Positions 29,224 through 39,630 of a stretch of 64,000 bases of DNA are shown here, one piece after another. The stretch is taken from positions 1 through 64,000 of IMG/VR virus record IMGVR_UViG_3300046336_000034, one strand, 5' to 3'. Under the pieces are notes generated by a model. The model saw only the letters and a program-made list of their open reading frames with translations. It made no database searches and was not told the origin of the DNA. The DNA is from a virus. Made by a program: the position numbers and the translations under genes. Each line of letters opens with the position of its first letter. Position 1 is the stretch's first letter.

Positions 29224-29628
29224 CTACGAGACTACTTCTGTAACTACATCAATTAGTACAGGAATAATTGTTCTATTTCCAATTTGAGCGGTAGAACCCA
29301 CTTTAGGTGTCGTTAGAATATGAATCCTAAAAGCACCCTCTTCAAAGGTTGTCCCTTTTTTAAACCAGTTACGGGTTAGCTCTGCTCTTGTTAAAGCTGC
29401 TGCTGTGCCATTGTTAGGTGCATCAACTATAAAGACTTGCAACTGCATTTCATCTCTGTGATAGCCTGTGCCGAATACAGGGTCAACTGGGTTCTTCACC
29501 ATCAGTTGTACACGTTGATACATCGTTGCAGGAGGGTCAAAGCTGACACCTTCAAAAGCTGTTGGAATTGATGGCGTTAAAGCCATCAGACGGCGTTCTA
29601 AGCACCTTTTTGTTTCTAATATAGCCAA
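29224..29628 (-). CDS. tail terminator-like protein
   Basis: Synteny; LQV.I..PNNGT...F.KG pattern. Confidence 0.65.
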   Translation of the reverse strand: MAILETKRCLERRLMALTPSIPTAFEGVSFDPPATMYQRVQLMVKNPVDPVFGTGYHRDEMQLQVFIVDAPNNGTAAALTRAELTRNWFKKGTTFEEGAFRIHILTTPKVGSTAQIGNRTIIPVLIDVVTEVVS

Positions 29629-29633
29629 TGGTA

Positions 29634-30128
29634 CTAACCCTCTTCATAATACTGTTTAAGGTCGCTTAAATAAGCTCCTTGGATGGTTGACTCAGCTTTT
29701 CCTCTAATGTCGTCAAGGATTTCAAGCTCTTCGTAGGCAGGACCTGTTGCACCTATAGTGAAGGTGTCTCCGATTTTATAGTTAGCCTGAGCTTTATAAT
29801 CCACGTTGCCTAACATCGTAGGGACATCATAAATGACTGGATTGAACTCTAAAGTACCTTCGGTATAAGTCCATGCACCTTTATGAAAACCTTCGAGAGC
29901 TTCGATACCGTAACCGCCCTCTGAGCGAGATTTAGCTCGTTTCTTGTAGTATTCCACGTACTTCGCAGTATTACCACCCTCAGAGATATGTCCCTTACGG
30001 GTAGCTTGACTAGCTGCTTCAGCTACATCCTGTGCAAACCCCACAACCATGTGTTTGAGCTTTCTTTCAACTTCTGCTTTGTACTCAGCTAAGGATTTTT
30101 CCAATTCGTCTGTATTAGCTGAGAGCAT
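29634..30128 (-). CDS. tail completion / HK97 gp10-like neck protein
   Basis: Synteny in neck cluster. Confidence 0.55.
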   Translation of the reverse strand: MLSANTDELEKSLAEYKAEVERKLKHMVVGFAQDVAEAASQATRKGHISEGGNTAKYVEYYKKRAKSRSEGGYGIEALEGFHKGAWTYTEGTLEFNPVIYDVPTMLGNVDYKAQANYKIGDTFTIGATGPAYEELEILDDIRGKAESTIQGAYLSDLKQYYEEG

Positions 30129-30131
30129 AGC

Positions 30132-30491
30132 TTAATTCCTTGAGGCAATTACCTTGTAAAGCACCACTTGATTGTGAGCCATGTGTGAGGTGTAAGAGTC
30201 CACAACGTATACTTCATTGTCCCAAAGAATCTTATCTTTTACAGAAGGAACAAAAGCTAGTGAATCATTAGCAAGATAGAAAGTTCCGGCGTCTTTACCT
30301 ATTAAATTAGGGAAGTTATACTGACTGGATTTAATATGCTGTTTGTATGTCCAAACTGTATAAGGTGTCTCAGTATTAGTAACTGAGCCTGTCTCTACGT
30401 TGTATACACCAGTCTGAACTTTTGTGTACGTGCATTGAGCACCGTTACGTTTGATTGCGTCAATTGAAGCTAGGAGAAAGCGATTAGCCAT
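30132..30491 (-). CDS. head closure (stopper) protein
   Basis: Synteny; G.Y..ETG beta-barrel pattern. Confidence 0.6.
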   Translation of the reverse strand: MANRFLLASIDAIKRNGAQCTYTKVQTGVYNVETGSVTNTETPYTVWTYKQHIKSSQYNFPNLIGKDAGTFYLANDSLAFVPSVKDKILWDNEVYVVDSYTSHMAHNQVVLYKVIASRN

Positions 30492-30915
30492 TATTGTAGA
30501 CTCCAAAAGGGTCTGGATTATTTAAAGATAACTCCGAATTAGGGGTATCAATAAAGTTGTTGTCTACGTTGTCTAAATTCGCTTGAATGTCTGTTTTAGA
30601 GATACCACCTGCGTACCCGTTTACACTGTTATAGACAGGGTTAAGTTGTGGGTTACGGATGAACATTTCTAGTGATGCTCTGTACTCTGATGCAGCTTTT
30701 GAGCCGCCGGTAACAGAAAATATATCTACAGTTTCATTCGCACTCCACATGGACAATTGCAGAAGGATAACACGAGCCAACTCTAATGATGCACGATTGA
30801 CATTTTGGTTATTACGGTCAAGGAAAAATTGAATTTCTTCGTCTGTGGTAAAGTAAAAACCCACGGCTGTATCTTGAGTAAGGAGACGTACTTGCTGGAT
30901 TAGACTAAGAGCCAT
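30484..30915 (-). CDS. head-tail adaptor protein
   Basis: VRLL..D......TDEEIQFFL motif; first neck gene after capsid. Confidence 0.65.
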   Translation of the reverse strand: MALSLIQQVRLLTQDTAVGFYFTTDEEIQFFLDRNNQNVNRASLELARVILLQLSMWSANETVDIFSVTGGSKAASEYRASLEMFIRNPQLNPVYNSVNGYAGGISKTDIQANLDNVDNNFIDTPNSELSLNNPDPFGVYNNG

Positions 30916-30930
30916 TGGCACTTCCTTCTG

Positions 30931-31497
30931 TTAAATTATATCTTGTTTTGAGGATGTCGTAGACTTCGTGTATTCTGCTAAAGCCTGACTATGTTCGAAA
31001 GAGAACTCACCATAGAACTCTTTGACCCATTCCAATCTAGCAACGATAGCCTCATCTTTTGTATTAAATCGCCTACGAAGAGGGCACTTTACGTCTACAC
31101 TTATACCCGCAACCCATTTATTACGTGCTTTGTCAAAATGCACACCTATAGTGCCACTTGTGTTTTTCTCAGAGGCAGTCTTATTCATGTTATTAGACCT
31201 ACGAGAACACTCACGTAAGTTAGATATCATATTGTTCAGACGATTACCGTCGATGTGGTCGATATCTGCAATTGGAAATCTTCCGTGCACATGTAGCCAA
31301 ACTAGGCGATGGGCGTAATTCAACTCACCTGCAAAGTTAATACGCCAGTAACCACTGCTATGTAAAGTACCTGCAACACTTCCAGCCCTGCATCCTCCAC
31401 GACATTGTTTCCAAGTTAAGTCCCCCGTTTCAGGATTATAATCTAAGGCATCTCTTACTTGTTTTTGAGTTAGCTCAGGTGAGTTTATTTTCGACAT
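30931..31497 (-). CDS. HNH-AP2 homing endonuclease
   Basis: HRLVWL, DHIDGNRLNNMISNLR, NTSGTIGV. Confidence 0.9.
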   Translation of the reverse strand: MSKINSPELTQKQVRDALDYNPETGDLTWKQCRGGCRAGSVAGTLHSSGYWRINFAGELNYAHRLVWLHVHGRFPIADIDHIDGNRLNNMISNLRECSRRSNNMNKTASEKNTSGTIGVHFDKARNKWVAGISVDVKCPLRRRFNTKDEAIVARLEWVKEFYGEFSFEHSQALAEYTKSTTSSKQDII

Positions 31498-31523
31498 TCT
31501 ACCCTCTTTGATAATTTATAGGT

Positions 31524-31576
31524 CAAGGCTATCCGTGAAAGAGCACAGAAGAGGCTTACAGACCTCGTTTACCTTG
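31524..31576 (-). ncRNA. HEG-leader three-way-junction RNA, variant copy C
   Basis: CAAGGU..GAGG[..]CCUC-U-UCUGUG[CUCUUU]CACGGA-UA-GCCUUG; loop matches AAAGAG at the RBS; promoter TTGCAA-17-TACAAT at 31615-31643. Confidence 0.6.
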
Positions 31577-31716
31577 TTAATACTTGACTGTAATCAAGCT
31601 GTAAGTGAAACTACATTGTAACATATTTTACTACAAATTGCAATTTCTTTTAATATATCTCGGTAAAATACATTAAAAGAAAGCTCCCCTTGGGGAGCAA
31701 TCAAGTTTATCTAAGA

Positions 31717-32739
31717 TTAGTTAGAAGAATAACCACGGGCAACCAGATTAGGGCGCTTCATAACGTGGATAAAATTAGACTCACTTTCCAGTGTAATCTC
31801 TGTACCACGAGGGTCACGGAACTGCCAGAGATATTCAGGCATAGCGATTGTGTTCACCAAGCCGAAGCGATTTGCAGGACCGTAGAAACGTGTGAATGAA
31901 CCATCATCTGACTCAGCTACGAAGTAACAATCACCAGAAGGAACTAAGGCACTACCAGCAAGGACTGTGGGGACTTCGACAAAGGTTATGTTTGAAAAGG
32001 TGAAACGACGATACAACCCCATACCACCAGCACGATTGCGAAGGATGGATTGACCTTCTGTTGCAGAGTAGTAAGTGTAAGCTGCTTGCACTTTAGCATG
32101 TGCGATTAGCTTTGCAAAGAATACTGGAGAGCAATAAGCTGTTACAGAGTTGATAATCACCCCATCAGTCACTGAGTCTTGGAAACCACGGATGATTGCC
32201 TCACATTTAGCAGTAATCTCTGTTGTGGAAGTACCAAAAACGAAGTCAACTTCATTACGAGTGAAACCGAAGTCAGTGTAGAAATTACCAGAGATTGTCG
32301 CATTTGGTGACCACACATTACCAGTAGTAATAGTAGCAAAAGCTGCAACTTCCTTAGTGATTGCAAAAGACTTCTTAATCTTTTCCATTTTACGCATCAA
32401 CGCTGCTGCTTCTGTATCAGCTTGTGTCAAGTCACTGTAGGCACTCTTACCAGCAATATCATCAGGATACAAGGCATCCATCAATGGATGGTGTGTCAAA
32501 GAGTAGCTATGAATCTTGCGAACATCGTTGGATGTAGTCTGTGGTTTTGTACCACGAACTTGGTCCTTAACGATTGCGATAGAACCTTTTGTCTCTTGAA
32601 ATGTCACAACATTCTGTGACAAGAACTCATCCTTAAACAAACCAGAATCGCCGAGCAAAGTCCAAGTTTGTGGGAGGGTATTCAGTTCACGGGTGCTGTC
32701 TACAACTTCAAAGTTATTTGTAAAACTACGAACGGTCAT
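31717..32739 (-). CDS. major capsid protein (lambda E-like)
   Basis: 340 aa; follows decoration protein; FGF.R...F, ESESN....RP C-terminus; terminator hairpin at ~31675-31699. Confidence 0.88.
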   Translation of the reverse strand: MTVRSFTNNFEVVDSTRELNTLPQTWTLLGDSGLFKDEFLSQNVVTFQETKGSIAIVKDQVRGTKPQTTSNDVRKIHSYSLTHHPLMDALYPDDIAGKSAYSDLTQADTEAAALMRKMEKIKKSFAITKEVAAFATITTGNVWSPNATISGNFYTDFGFTRNEVDFVFGTSTTEITAKCEAIIRGFQDSVTDGVIINSVTAYCSPVFFAKLIAHAKVQAAYTYYSATEGQSILRNRAGGMGLYRRFTFSNITFVEVPTVLAGSALVPSGDCYFVAESDDGSFTRFYGPANRFGLVNTIAMPEYLWQFRDPRGTEITLESESNFIHVMKRPNLVARGYSSN

Positions 32740-32757
32740 TTTATTCTCTCTTCTTTA

Positions 32758-33153
32758 TTAAATAGTTGTCAGGACTTGAATGCCGACTGCTTCAAGTGAA
32801 GCGTAGACAACATCTTTCTCAGCGTCCAAGTCATAGGTAGCATCTAGCACCAAACCTGTTTTAGACACAGAGGCAGGCCCACGAGTCAAAGCAACAACTT
32901 TAGTATCTGTAGCCCCCAAGATGGTGATTGGAGTAACCACGATAGCAGCAGCAACTGCTGAACCGTCTACAGCAGTTTGGACTGCACGTTTGTATTTACC
33001 TGTAGCAGTGACTTTACCAAGCACTGTGCCAACTGCCAATGTACCAGCGGTATCATTAACGGTCACACCAGTACGGCAATATGCCAAATCAGCCCAGAGT
33101 TCTTGTTTAATCACGTTACCTTTAACGTGTGTTTCAGTAGCAATAACAGCCAT
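32758..33153 (-). CDS. head decoration protein
   Basis: GTVLGKVTATGKY...DGS..AAAI lambda D-like motif. Confidence 0.85.
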   Translation of the reverse strand: MAVIATETHVKGNVIKQELWADLAYCRTGVTVNDTAGTLAVGTVLGKVTATGKYKRAVQTAVDGSAVAAAIVVTPITILGATDTKVVALTRGPASVSKTGLVLDATYDLDAEKDVVYASLEAVGIQVLTTI

Positions 33154-33177
33154 TTTGAATTTTCCTTATTTATTAAA

Positions 33178-34212
33178 TTACTTAGCAGACTTAGCTTTTT
33201 CGGCAGCAGCTTTAACTGCTTTCATCAAAGGTGTTTCTTCTGTTTTTGTTGCTTCTTCAGAACTAAAACCTTGTTCTTTAAACAAGGCAGCATCTTTCTG
33301 CACTACCATCAAGCCTTCAAGAGCTTTAACAACTTCTTGGAACACTTCTTCTGATTCAACATTAGCAAGACCTTTTACCAAGGCTTCAACTTTTGCATCG
33401 TCTTTCACTGTAGCCTTCAACAAATCCTTACGGGATTTTTGAATTGCAGCAGCTTTTTCTACTTCAAATTGCTTAACTGTTTCTAAAGCCTTGGTTAGCT
33501 GTTCAGACTGCTCTTTCAGTGCCTTCTGAATACTATCTAACTCGCTCTTTTGTACCATCTCAACGGTCACGTCCGTTTCGACTACTTTGACTTCTTTTGT
33601 CATCTGAGTTTCCTTATTTTTAACAATTTTGTCGGAAGGCGAAGCCTCGACACTCTCTTTAGACACTTCTTGGTTTTTAACAACCGTGGCTGTGGCTTCG
33701 CCGTTTTCCGCTACAACAGTTTTAGCTGGTGCTTTAGAATCTTTTTCAATCTTCTTGAATAACTTCTCAAGTTGTGCTTGAGACTTCAAGAGGTCAATGT
33801 ATGTTTCTGGCTCTAGTTCAGACAAGGATTTGTCAATGTCTTCAGCTTCTGAAAGCTGCTTGATGATTTCAATTGAAGCTACTTTGCTTGCAATATAATC
33901 TTCATATGTTTCAGGTAGCTCTTCTTCTGAACTTTCAAACCCTAAGGCTCTACTAAGCACTTCAGAATCAAATCCACCTAAATTAAAGAAGACTTGTAGG
34001 AACTCACTAAACTCTAAACTTACTTTTACCTGTGATGCTTTTGCAACGTGCTCATCTGTAAACTTAGAAGCTTTTAGTACAAGTGCATAGGGAGAGCCGT
34101 TAGCAGGTTGCTGACCTTGCCAATCCTCTGTCCCTACTAAGCTGATATGTGCGTCCTTACCGCTAAAGTCTATATTCTTAAGGGTTCTTTTTGGTTTGAT
34201 TTTTGTTGTCAT
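33178..34212 (-). CDS. scaffolding-like protein
   Basis: Acidic/Lys coiled coil; ISLV...PANG motif; between protease and decoration genes. Confidence 0.6.
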   Translation of the reverse strand: MTTKIKPKRTLKNIDFSGKDAHISLVGTEDWQGQQPANGSPYALVLKASKFTDEHVAKASQVKVSLEFSEFLQVFFNLGGFDSEVLSRALGFESSEEELPETYEDYIASKVASIEIIKQLSEAEDIDKSLSELEPETYIDLLKSQAQLEKLFKKIEKDSKAPAKTVVAENGEATATVVKNQEVSKESVEASPSDKIVKNKETQMTKEVKVVETDVTVEMVQKSELDSIQKALKEQSEQLTKALETVKQFEVEKAAAIQKSRKDLLKATVKDDAKVEALVKGLANVESEEVFQEVVKALEGLMVVQKDAALFKEQGFSSEEATKTEETPLMKAVKAAAEKAKSAK

Positions 34213-34219
34213 AATTTAG

Positions 34220-34963
34220 TCATTCGATTGCTTCCACAATAGCCATTGCACCAATACTGATACCATTGATTCGTCCATCGACAATTTGTTCCCAAAGGTC
34301 TTCGTCATGAATTTGTAGTGTCATAAGCCAAGTCCCCTTCTGAATAAAATGCTCATTCAAAACGAGGTCAGTAGGTGCTAGGTAACTCTCAATGACACTG
34401 AAGGTTGTAGTAGGAACACTGTGAAATAAGTAGCAGTTCTGGAGTGATTTATTAAAGGACTCTTTGGCTTTACGAACTTCTTCTTCAGATGTATAGTCAC
34501 CTGTGAGGTCAGTTCCTACATTCATACTCACGTATGTGACTTGCATCAAAGCTTTGTCTACTGCTTTAACAACACCTAATGTACCAACAGAATCCTCGCC
34601 TTTTTGCTCCATTTGAGCCTTGGTGATTTCCGTCCTATCAGATACTAAAATACCTTCAGCTTTGAGAATGGACTTACTCCATGCAAGTCCAGATTTGCCA
34701 CCTAAAGCATAATATGTCATTACATTGTCGTCACAACCTCCATCCCACAGTTTCTTATTAAAATCTAAGCCCTTTTCGAGTTTAGTTAAAGTGTGGTACA
34801 TATTAGAGATTGTTTTAATATCGAACTTAACTGATTTAGCTAATTCGACTTGTTGTAATCTTTGTTTAGCTACATAAGACTCTCTAGGGTAACGTTCTGA
34901 TATTGCAATACCCCTAGAAATATTATCCAAAACAGCCGTTGTAGGCTGGTAGTATTTAATCAT
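34220..34963 (-). CDS. XkdF-like prohead serine protease with extra N-terminal domain
   Basis: DLTGD, H, ESYLAP, KGTWLM, LWEQI..G.INGISIG; promoter TTGCTT-17-TATAAT at 34990-35018. Confidence 0.8.
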   Translation of the reverse strand: MIKYYQPTTAVLDNISRGIAISERYPRESYVAKQRLQQVELAKSVKFDIKTISNMYHTLTKLEKGLDFNKKLWDGGCDDNVMTYYALGGKSGLAWSKSILKAEGILVSDRTEITKAQMEQKGEDSVGTLGVVKAVDKALMQVTYVSMNVGTDLTGDYTSEEEVRKAKESFNKSLQNCYLFHSVPTTTFSVIESYLAPTDLVLNEHFIQKGTWLMTLQIHDEDLWEQIVDGRINGISIGAMAIVEAIE

Positions 34964-35044
34964 TGTTATTATTCCTAACCTATACTATTATTATACCATA
35001 AAATCATACAAAAAGCAAGTGAAATATTAGTTTCTTATAATTAT

Positions 35045-37717
35045 TTAACACCAGAACCAATTATTACCATCGGAGATAATACTTCTCTGAGTCTGTGCAG
35101 CGATAGACTGTGAACCACCCCACTGGATAGCTCCTTGAGTTGCAGTGATAGTAATTGCATTTCCACCTACATTTGATAATCTAAATAGTTTACCTGTGGA
35201 TGTATTTGCTGCTGGAAGTGTTACAGTCTGAGATGCTGGTACATCAAATAACAATACAGAATCAGTTAATGTCGCTGAATAACTTCCTGTCTTGTACGAT
35301 ACTGCCTCTAAACCCTTAACAGCACTTAGATTATTAACCCATTCTTGAAGTGCGTATGTACCTGAAGCGTCTGGGATAGTCTGAGTTCTATTATCTGATA
35401 AAGTGCAGTCAATGGTATTAACTAAGCCGTTAGACCTGTAGTTCATTCTCGAAGCAACATAGAAGTTATCAGTGTTTACATCAAGCCTGTTGCCAGTTGA
35501 ATTACCAGTGAACTTTGCTATTGAAGCACCCTTACCATTGAAGATGTGAAAACTTCTAAACCAAGGAGAACTATATGTACTTGTGTTGGGGTCAAATCCT
35601 GAGTTATAACTCACAGCGATTTCAGATGTATCACCTGTTTCTCCAAAATAACCTGAGTACAGTATCTGATTTAAACCCGCTGTAACTGCTCCAAATTGCA
35701 ATGCTGAATAGAATGTTGCTGTTCTCGAAGCACCAGTTATCTTCATTGCAGCAAGACCTTTACCGTTGAAAATAGTAAAGTCCCTGTAGTAATTAGAACT
35801 AGGTGAGGTGTAGTTCAAGGTTAAACCAGAGTTCGCTGCAGTAGTCACATCGTTAATGTCGTTGCCAGAGAATGTAAAGTTAGATAATTTTGCTCCGTTA
35901 ACGAAGTTCCAAGTACCTGTAATACTCTCTGCTACTGACGCTGATAAACCACTCCCGCCGCCTCCACTGCCACCTGTAATAGTAGCTGGAATCCACTTAC
36001 CTGTTGAAGTAGACCATGTTAAGGACTGTCCGTCTGTGGGTACTGTAGTTGCAGTATCAACATCTGATAAGTCATCAATAACTGCATCAGAAATATCTAC
36101 ATTACTTACGTGATTATCTAAAATCTCAACAATCATGTCGTCTAGGAAGACATCAGCAGTTCCTGTGGCGGTTATCTCAACGTAGAACTTAGATGCACCT
36201 ATTGGAGCGCGTGAGTACGGACGTAAGCTCTCAGTTCTCCAAGTAGTACCAATCTCTGCCAAAGTATAACTAAAAGTAAATGTACGAGAAGATACTACGG
36301 TATCGTAGAACTGTGAATCATAACCAACTGTTACAACAAAAGTTGAGCCAACAGGTACTGAACCGTAAGTCTTGAAAGATAATGTAGGTTTAGCTGTTGG
36401 AGCTACTTGGAATACTTTACGCACCTTAGAGGTCTGCCCAGAGGGGTTAAAGCGTAAGGACTTAGTTCCAGTGGCTGCATGAAGGGTAGATATAACAGGG
36501 TCGATATATCCAGCACCTTGTGTTATCTTCCAATCTCTAGGTGTAGCATTCCGCTCGAATGAGCCGTCCACTAATAGGTTATTCCTGTCCCCGTGGACAT
36601 GCACACGTTTATTTGCTGCGGAGTATCTTCCACCGTCGAAGGATGTCAGATTCGATATATAGGCTGCACCTTTGAATATCGACTGTGGGGTAAACTCCCC
36701 AGTAGGTGTAAAAGATACGTGAGAATTAGATAAAAAGATACCTGCATCAGCACTCCCAGTATCCGAGCCATCAATAGAATCATCTGCTACCCCAATATAA
36801 ACACTAATAGTTTCGTTAACAACGATTAAGGTATTGGATAAACAGATTCTTGAATTAGAATCTTTAGCTACCATCCAAGGTTTAATGTTTGGATTGTCAA
36901 TGGACTCGATATGTGAGTCCGTAATGTAGATACTACCGCCAAACTCTGAAATCAGTGCTTCTTGCGTGAAGTAATCAAATGAGCAATTTGAGAATGAAAA
37001 ATTACCACCTGTTGCATGTACTAATGTGTTACTGTTAAAAATAACACAGTTTGTAAAACCAATACGTTCTCCAGAATCTTCAAGGGTTATACCTGCGTAC
37101 TCGATAGCAAGATTGCAGTTATGAATGGAGCAAGAGTCTATCTTCTGAATATAACTGTGGTCACCAAATGTGATGCCCTTATCAAACCCAGAGATGTTGC
37201 AATTCTGCACTGATGCATGAGCACCAGAAAAGGATAAACCTTCTCCGAACTTTACACCAATAACAGGGGTTCGAGTATTTCCATAACTAGCACCTTTGAT
37301 GTTTAAACCCATCACCTGATAAACAGCTAAGTCCCAAAGGACTGCAAAATTATTCGGTGTGGTAACTAAAAAGGCAGTGCCAGTTGTGAGACCAGAGAAG
37401 TCCAATTTAGCACCGTTCCCTACAATAGAATGTGTGCCATAATTGTAGACGACACCTGTACCCATTAGATACGTGTATGGGGAGAACACAAGGGTGGAGT
37501 GAGACAGCGCACAAGCATCTAGTGCTGCTTGGATATACGTAGAAACAGAGACAGTGTTTGTCCCTGCTTCAATTGCTGTCCAAATGTTTAAAGGAATAAA
37601 ATCCTGTAACAGAACAGAAGACTCAGCAACAAGGTCGTTGTAGCCAAGAAGTTTGTCATTTGTAGGTAGTCTTCTTGGTAAACCTCTTACCAGTGTTGAT
37701 GGTTTTCTTATTGGCAT
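35045..37717 (-). CDS. beta-helix (pectate lyase-like) spike/fibre with CBM-like domain
   Basis: IQAALDAC entry motif, parallel beta-helix repeats, NLLVDGSFE, DLSDV..DGQSLTW..GKW, two IFNGKG repeats. Confidence 0.75.
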   Translation of the reverse strand: MPIRKPSTLVRGLPRRLPTNDKLLGYNDLVAESSVLLQDFIPLNIWTAIEAGTNTVSVSTYIQAALDACALSHSTLVFSPYTYLMGTGVVYNYGTHSIVGNGAKLDFSGLTTGTAFLVTTPNNFAVLWDLAVYQVMGLNIKGASYGNTRTPVIGVKFGEGLSFSGAHASVQNCNISGFDKGITFGDHSYIQKIDSCSIHNCNLAIEYAGITLEDSGERIGFTNCVIFNSNTLVHATGGNFSFSNCSFDYFTQEALISEFGGSIYITDSHIESIDNPNIKPWMVAKDSNSRICLSNTLIVVNETISVYIGVADDSIDGSDTGSADAGIFLSNSHVSFTPTGEFTPQSIFKGAAYISNLTSFDGGRYSAANKRVHVHGDRNNLLVDGSFERNATPRDWKITQGAGYIDPVISTLHAATGTKSLRFNPSGQTSKVRKVFQVAPTAKPTLSFKTYGSVPVGSTFVVTVGYDSQFYDTVVSSRTFTFSYTLAEIGTTWRTESLRPYSRAPIGASKFYVEITATGTADVFLDDMIVEILDNHVSNVDISDAVIDDLSDVDTATTVPTDGQSLTWSTSTGKWIPATITGGSGGGGSGLSASVAESITGTWNFVNGAKLSNFTFSGNDINDVTTAANSGLTLNYTSPSSNYYRDFTIFNGKGLAAMKITGASRTATFYSALQFGAVTAGLNQILYSGYFGETGDTSEIAVSYNSGFDPNTSTYSSPWFRSFHIFNGKGASIAKFTGNSTGNRLDVNTDNFYVASRMNYRSNGLVNTIDCTLSDNRTQTIPDASGTYALQEWVNNLSAVKGLEAVSYKTGSYSATLTDSVLLFDVPASQTVTLPAANTSTGKLFRLSNVGGNAITITATQGAIQWGGSQSIAAQTQRSIISDGNNWFWC

Positions 37718-37725
37718 AGTTAAAA

Positions 37726-38262
37726 TTATTTAGACAGTGCTACGATGTCACCTGCTGTTGCTCTACTTGATATTTTTCTATCAATCCTTGCTAATTCAAC
37801 AGCTAGGGCTTGACGAATAACTAATGCTGTTTGCTCTTCTGTTAAAGCTGTGCCAGTTACTACGTTTTGGTAACTTACTGCACTGTTTACTAGTGCTGAG
37901 ACGGTTGCAGGATATATTGGTAAATCACTATAAGACCAAAAGGCTGTTGAGTAATTATCTGAGTACACAACTCCGTTTACAGCTACAAGGTTAGGGTCAT
38001 AGATAATCTTCCAATTGTTAATCAAAAAGAAAGTTACACCTGTTTCACCGTTAGGAATAATATCTCCACCTGAGAAACGCATAGCTGGAATAGACCAAGG
38101 TTCTCTTTGTACCCACCGTACCCATGCTGAATACACATCAGCACGGATGTCTAAGGAGGTTACACCTTCATTCACTGTAATCTTACGTGTTACACCGTTG
38201 AAGGACACCTTTTCATTAAGTGCCCATTCTTCCCCCCACGCTGCCCAAATTAAAGCAGCCAT
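37726..38262 (-). CDS. putative virion structural protein
   Basis: N-terminal motif shared with 40559-42235. Confidence 0.55.
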   Translation of the reverse strand: MAALIWAAWGEEWALNEKVSFNGVTRKITVNEGVTSLDIRADVYSAWVRWVQREPWSIPAMRFSGGDIIPNGETGVTFFLINNWKIIYDPNLVAVNGVVYSDNYSTAFWSYSDLPIYPATVSALVNSAVSYQNVVTGTALTEEQTALVIRQALAVELARIDRKISSRATAGDIVALSK

Positions 38263-38265
38263 GAT

Positions 38266-39630
38266 TTACCAAAGCTCTCTGTAAGATAGATTTAAAGAAA
38301 CTTTAGTTGGTAATGGAGACAACTTTGTAGCCGTAAAACTCCAGACTTCAGCTACACCATTTGCAGCACACATGATACCTTCGTCATTGACTTCAAACCA
38401 CTCTGCCATGTCTATAGAAGCAGCACCCTTGGTTATGTATACAACCTTGAACTTACGCGACCCCGCTGTACTCAATGTGCCATCTATAGTACCATCGATT
38501 GATGAATCAGAGGTTAAAGTCCAAGACCCCCCTGTAAGAGATGTTGTTTGCCAAATAGTAATTGCACAAGGCTCATCAGCGTATACATTCAGTGTCTCAG
38601 GATAGGTTTGTACGCTATTATGTTTACCGTTGATTGTAGTTTTTGATTTGACAGAAAGCAAATGTGTACCTGTTGTTACAGTAACATCCGTAACATCCAT
38701 GTCTGCCGCTCTCCAGAAGGCATAATCCTTGAAATCACCTTCTGTATATGCAGCCATACAGACTTCACGAAGTTCACTTGAAGCGCCTGCGGCTGCTGTA
38801 TTTACATTCTCTGTCCTTAGGGGTAAAGTACCTGTACGCATATACGGTAGATTGTTTGTGCCTGCATTAAAGAACGAATGACAAACCAGTCTAGCACCTG
38901 ATGGTTCATAAATACCGAAACGTACACGTCCTGCGCCTAGCCATTGATAGTCAATCCAATAGACATTAATTTTTGTCAAGTCAATGTTATGTCCAGAAGG
39001 GCCTGTACCGTCGAGTTTATCTCCGTTCCAGTTTTGTCGTGCAACCCTGTTGTGAGTGACACTACCTGATGTGGATGAGCGAATAACCGCACCTAACTCT
39101 GTACCTGCTAGTTCAAAGTACAAACCATCATTGTTATCGAATGCACCCCACCTGCGAGAGTTACCTACCTTGCCTGTGTCACCACAAGCTATTGTTTGGT
39201 TAATAAGGTTAGAAGTTCCGGGATTATAATAGTGATAACGGTTGGTTGTGCGTGTTACACGAGAGCCAATTGTCCCTGTAACACTCAACACATTTGATGA
39301 CCCAACAGAGTCATAGGTGTTAACACCGCCTGTTACCTCTTCAACAGTGAAAAGTGCGTCATATGTGTCTAACGAAGCCTCGTAAACACCTAGAGCACGT
39401 TGTTGTGTGTTTTTCAAAGAACCAAAGCCAGACATGATAGGTTGACCCTCCGCAAAACGCACAGAGGCGCTTCCTCTATTGTCAATTGCTTGAATGTTCT
39501 CTGGTGAAGTTGGGTCAGCTAGATGGAGGACTTGCGCTTGAACGTTGTTACCATTGACCAAGTGCTGACGTGTATATATTTTTTTTCCTGTAGAGTCAGG
39601 TGGGATAGTGACAAAATTGCTTGTACTCAT
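38266..39630 (-). CDS. putative virion protein with lectin/concanavalin-like domain
   Basis: YWIDYQWLGAGRVRFG beta-sandwich pattern. Confidence 0.55.
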   Translation of the reverse strand: MSTSNFVTIPPDSTGKKIYTRQHLVNGNNVQAQVLHLADPTSPENIQAIDNRGSASVRFAEGQPIMSGFGSLKNTQQRALGVYEASLDTYDALFTVEEVTGGVNTYDSVGSSNVLSVTGTIGSRVTRTTNRYHYYNPGTSNLINQTIACGDTGKVGNSRRWGAFDNNDGLYFELAGTELGAVIRSSTSGSVTHNRVARQNWNGDKLDGTGPSGHNIDLTKINVYWIDYQWLGAGRVRFGIYEPSGARLVCHSFFNAGTNNLPYMRTGTLPLRTENVNTAAAGASSELREVCMAAYTEGDFKDYAFWRAADMDVTDVTVTTGTHLLSVKSKTTINGKHNSVQTYPETLNVYADEPCAITIWQTTSLTGGSWTLTSDSSIDGTIDGTLSTAGSRKFKVVYITKGAASIDMAEWFEVNDEGIMCAANGVAEVWSFTATKLSPLPTKVSLNLSYRELW

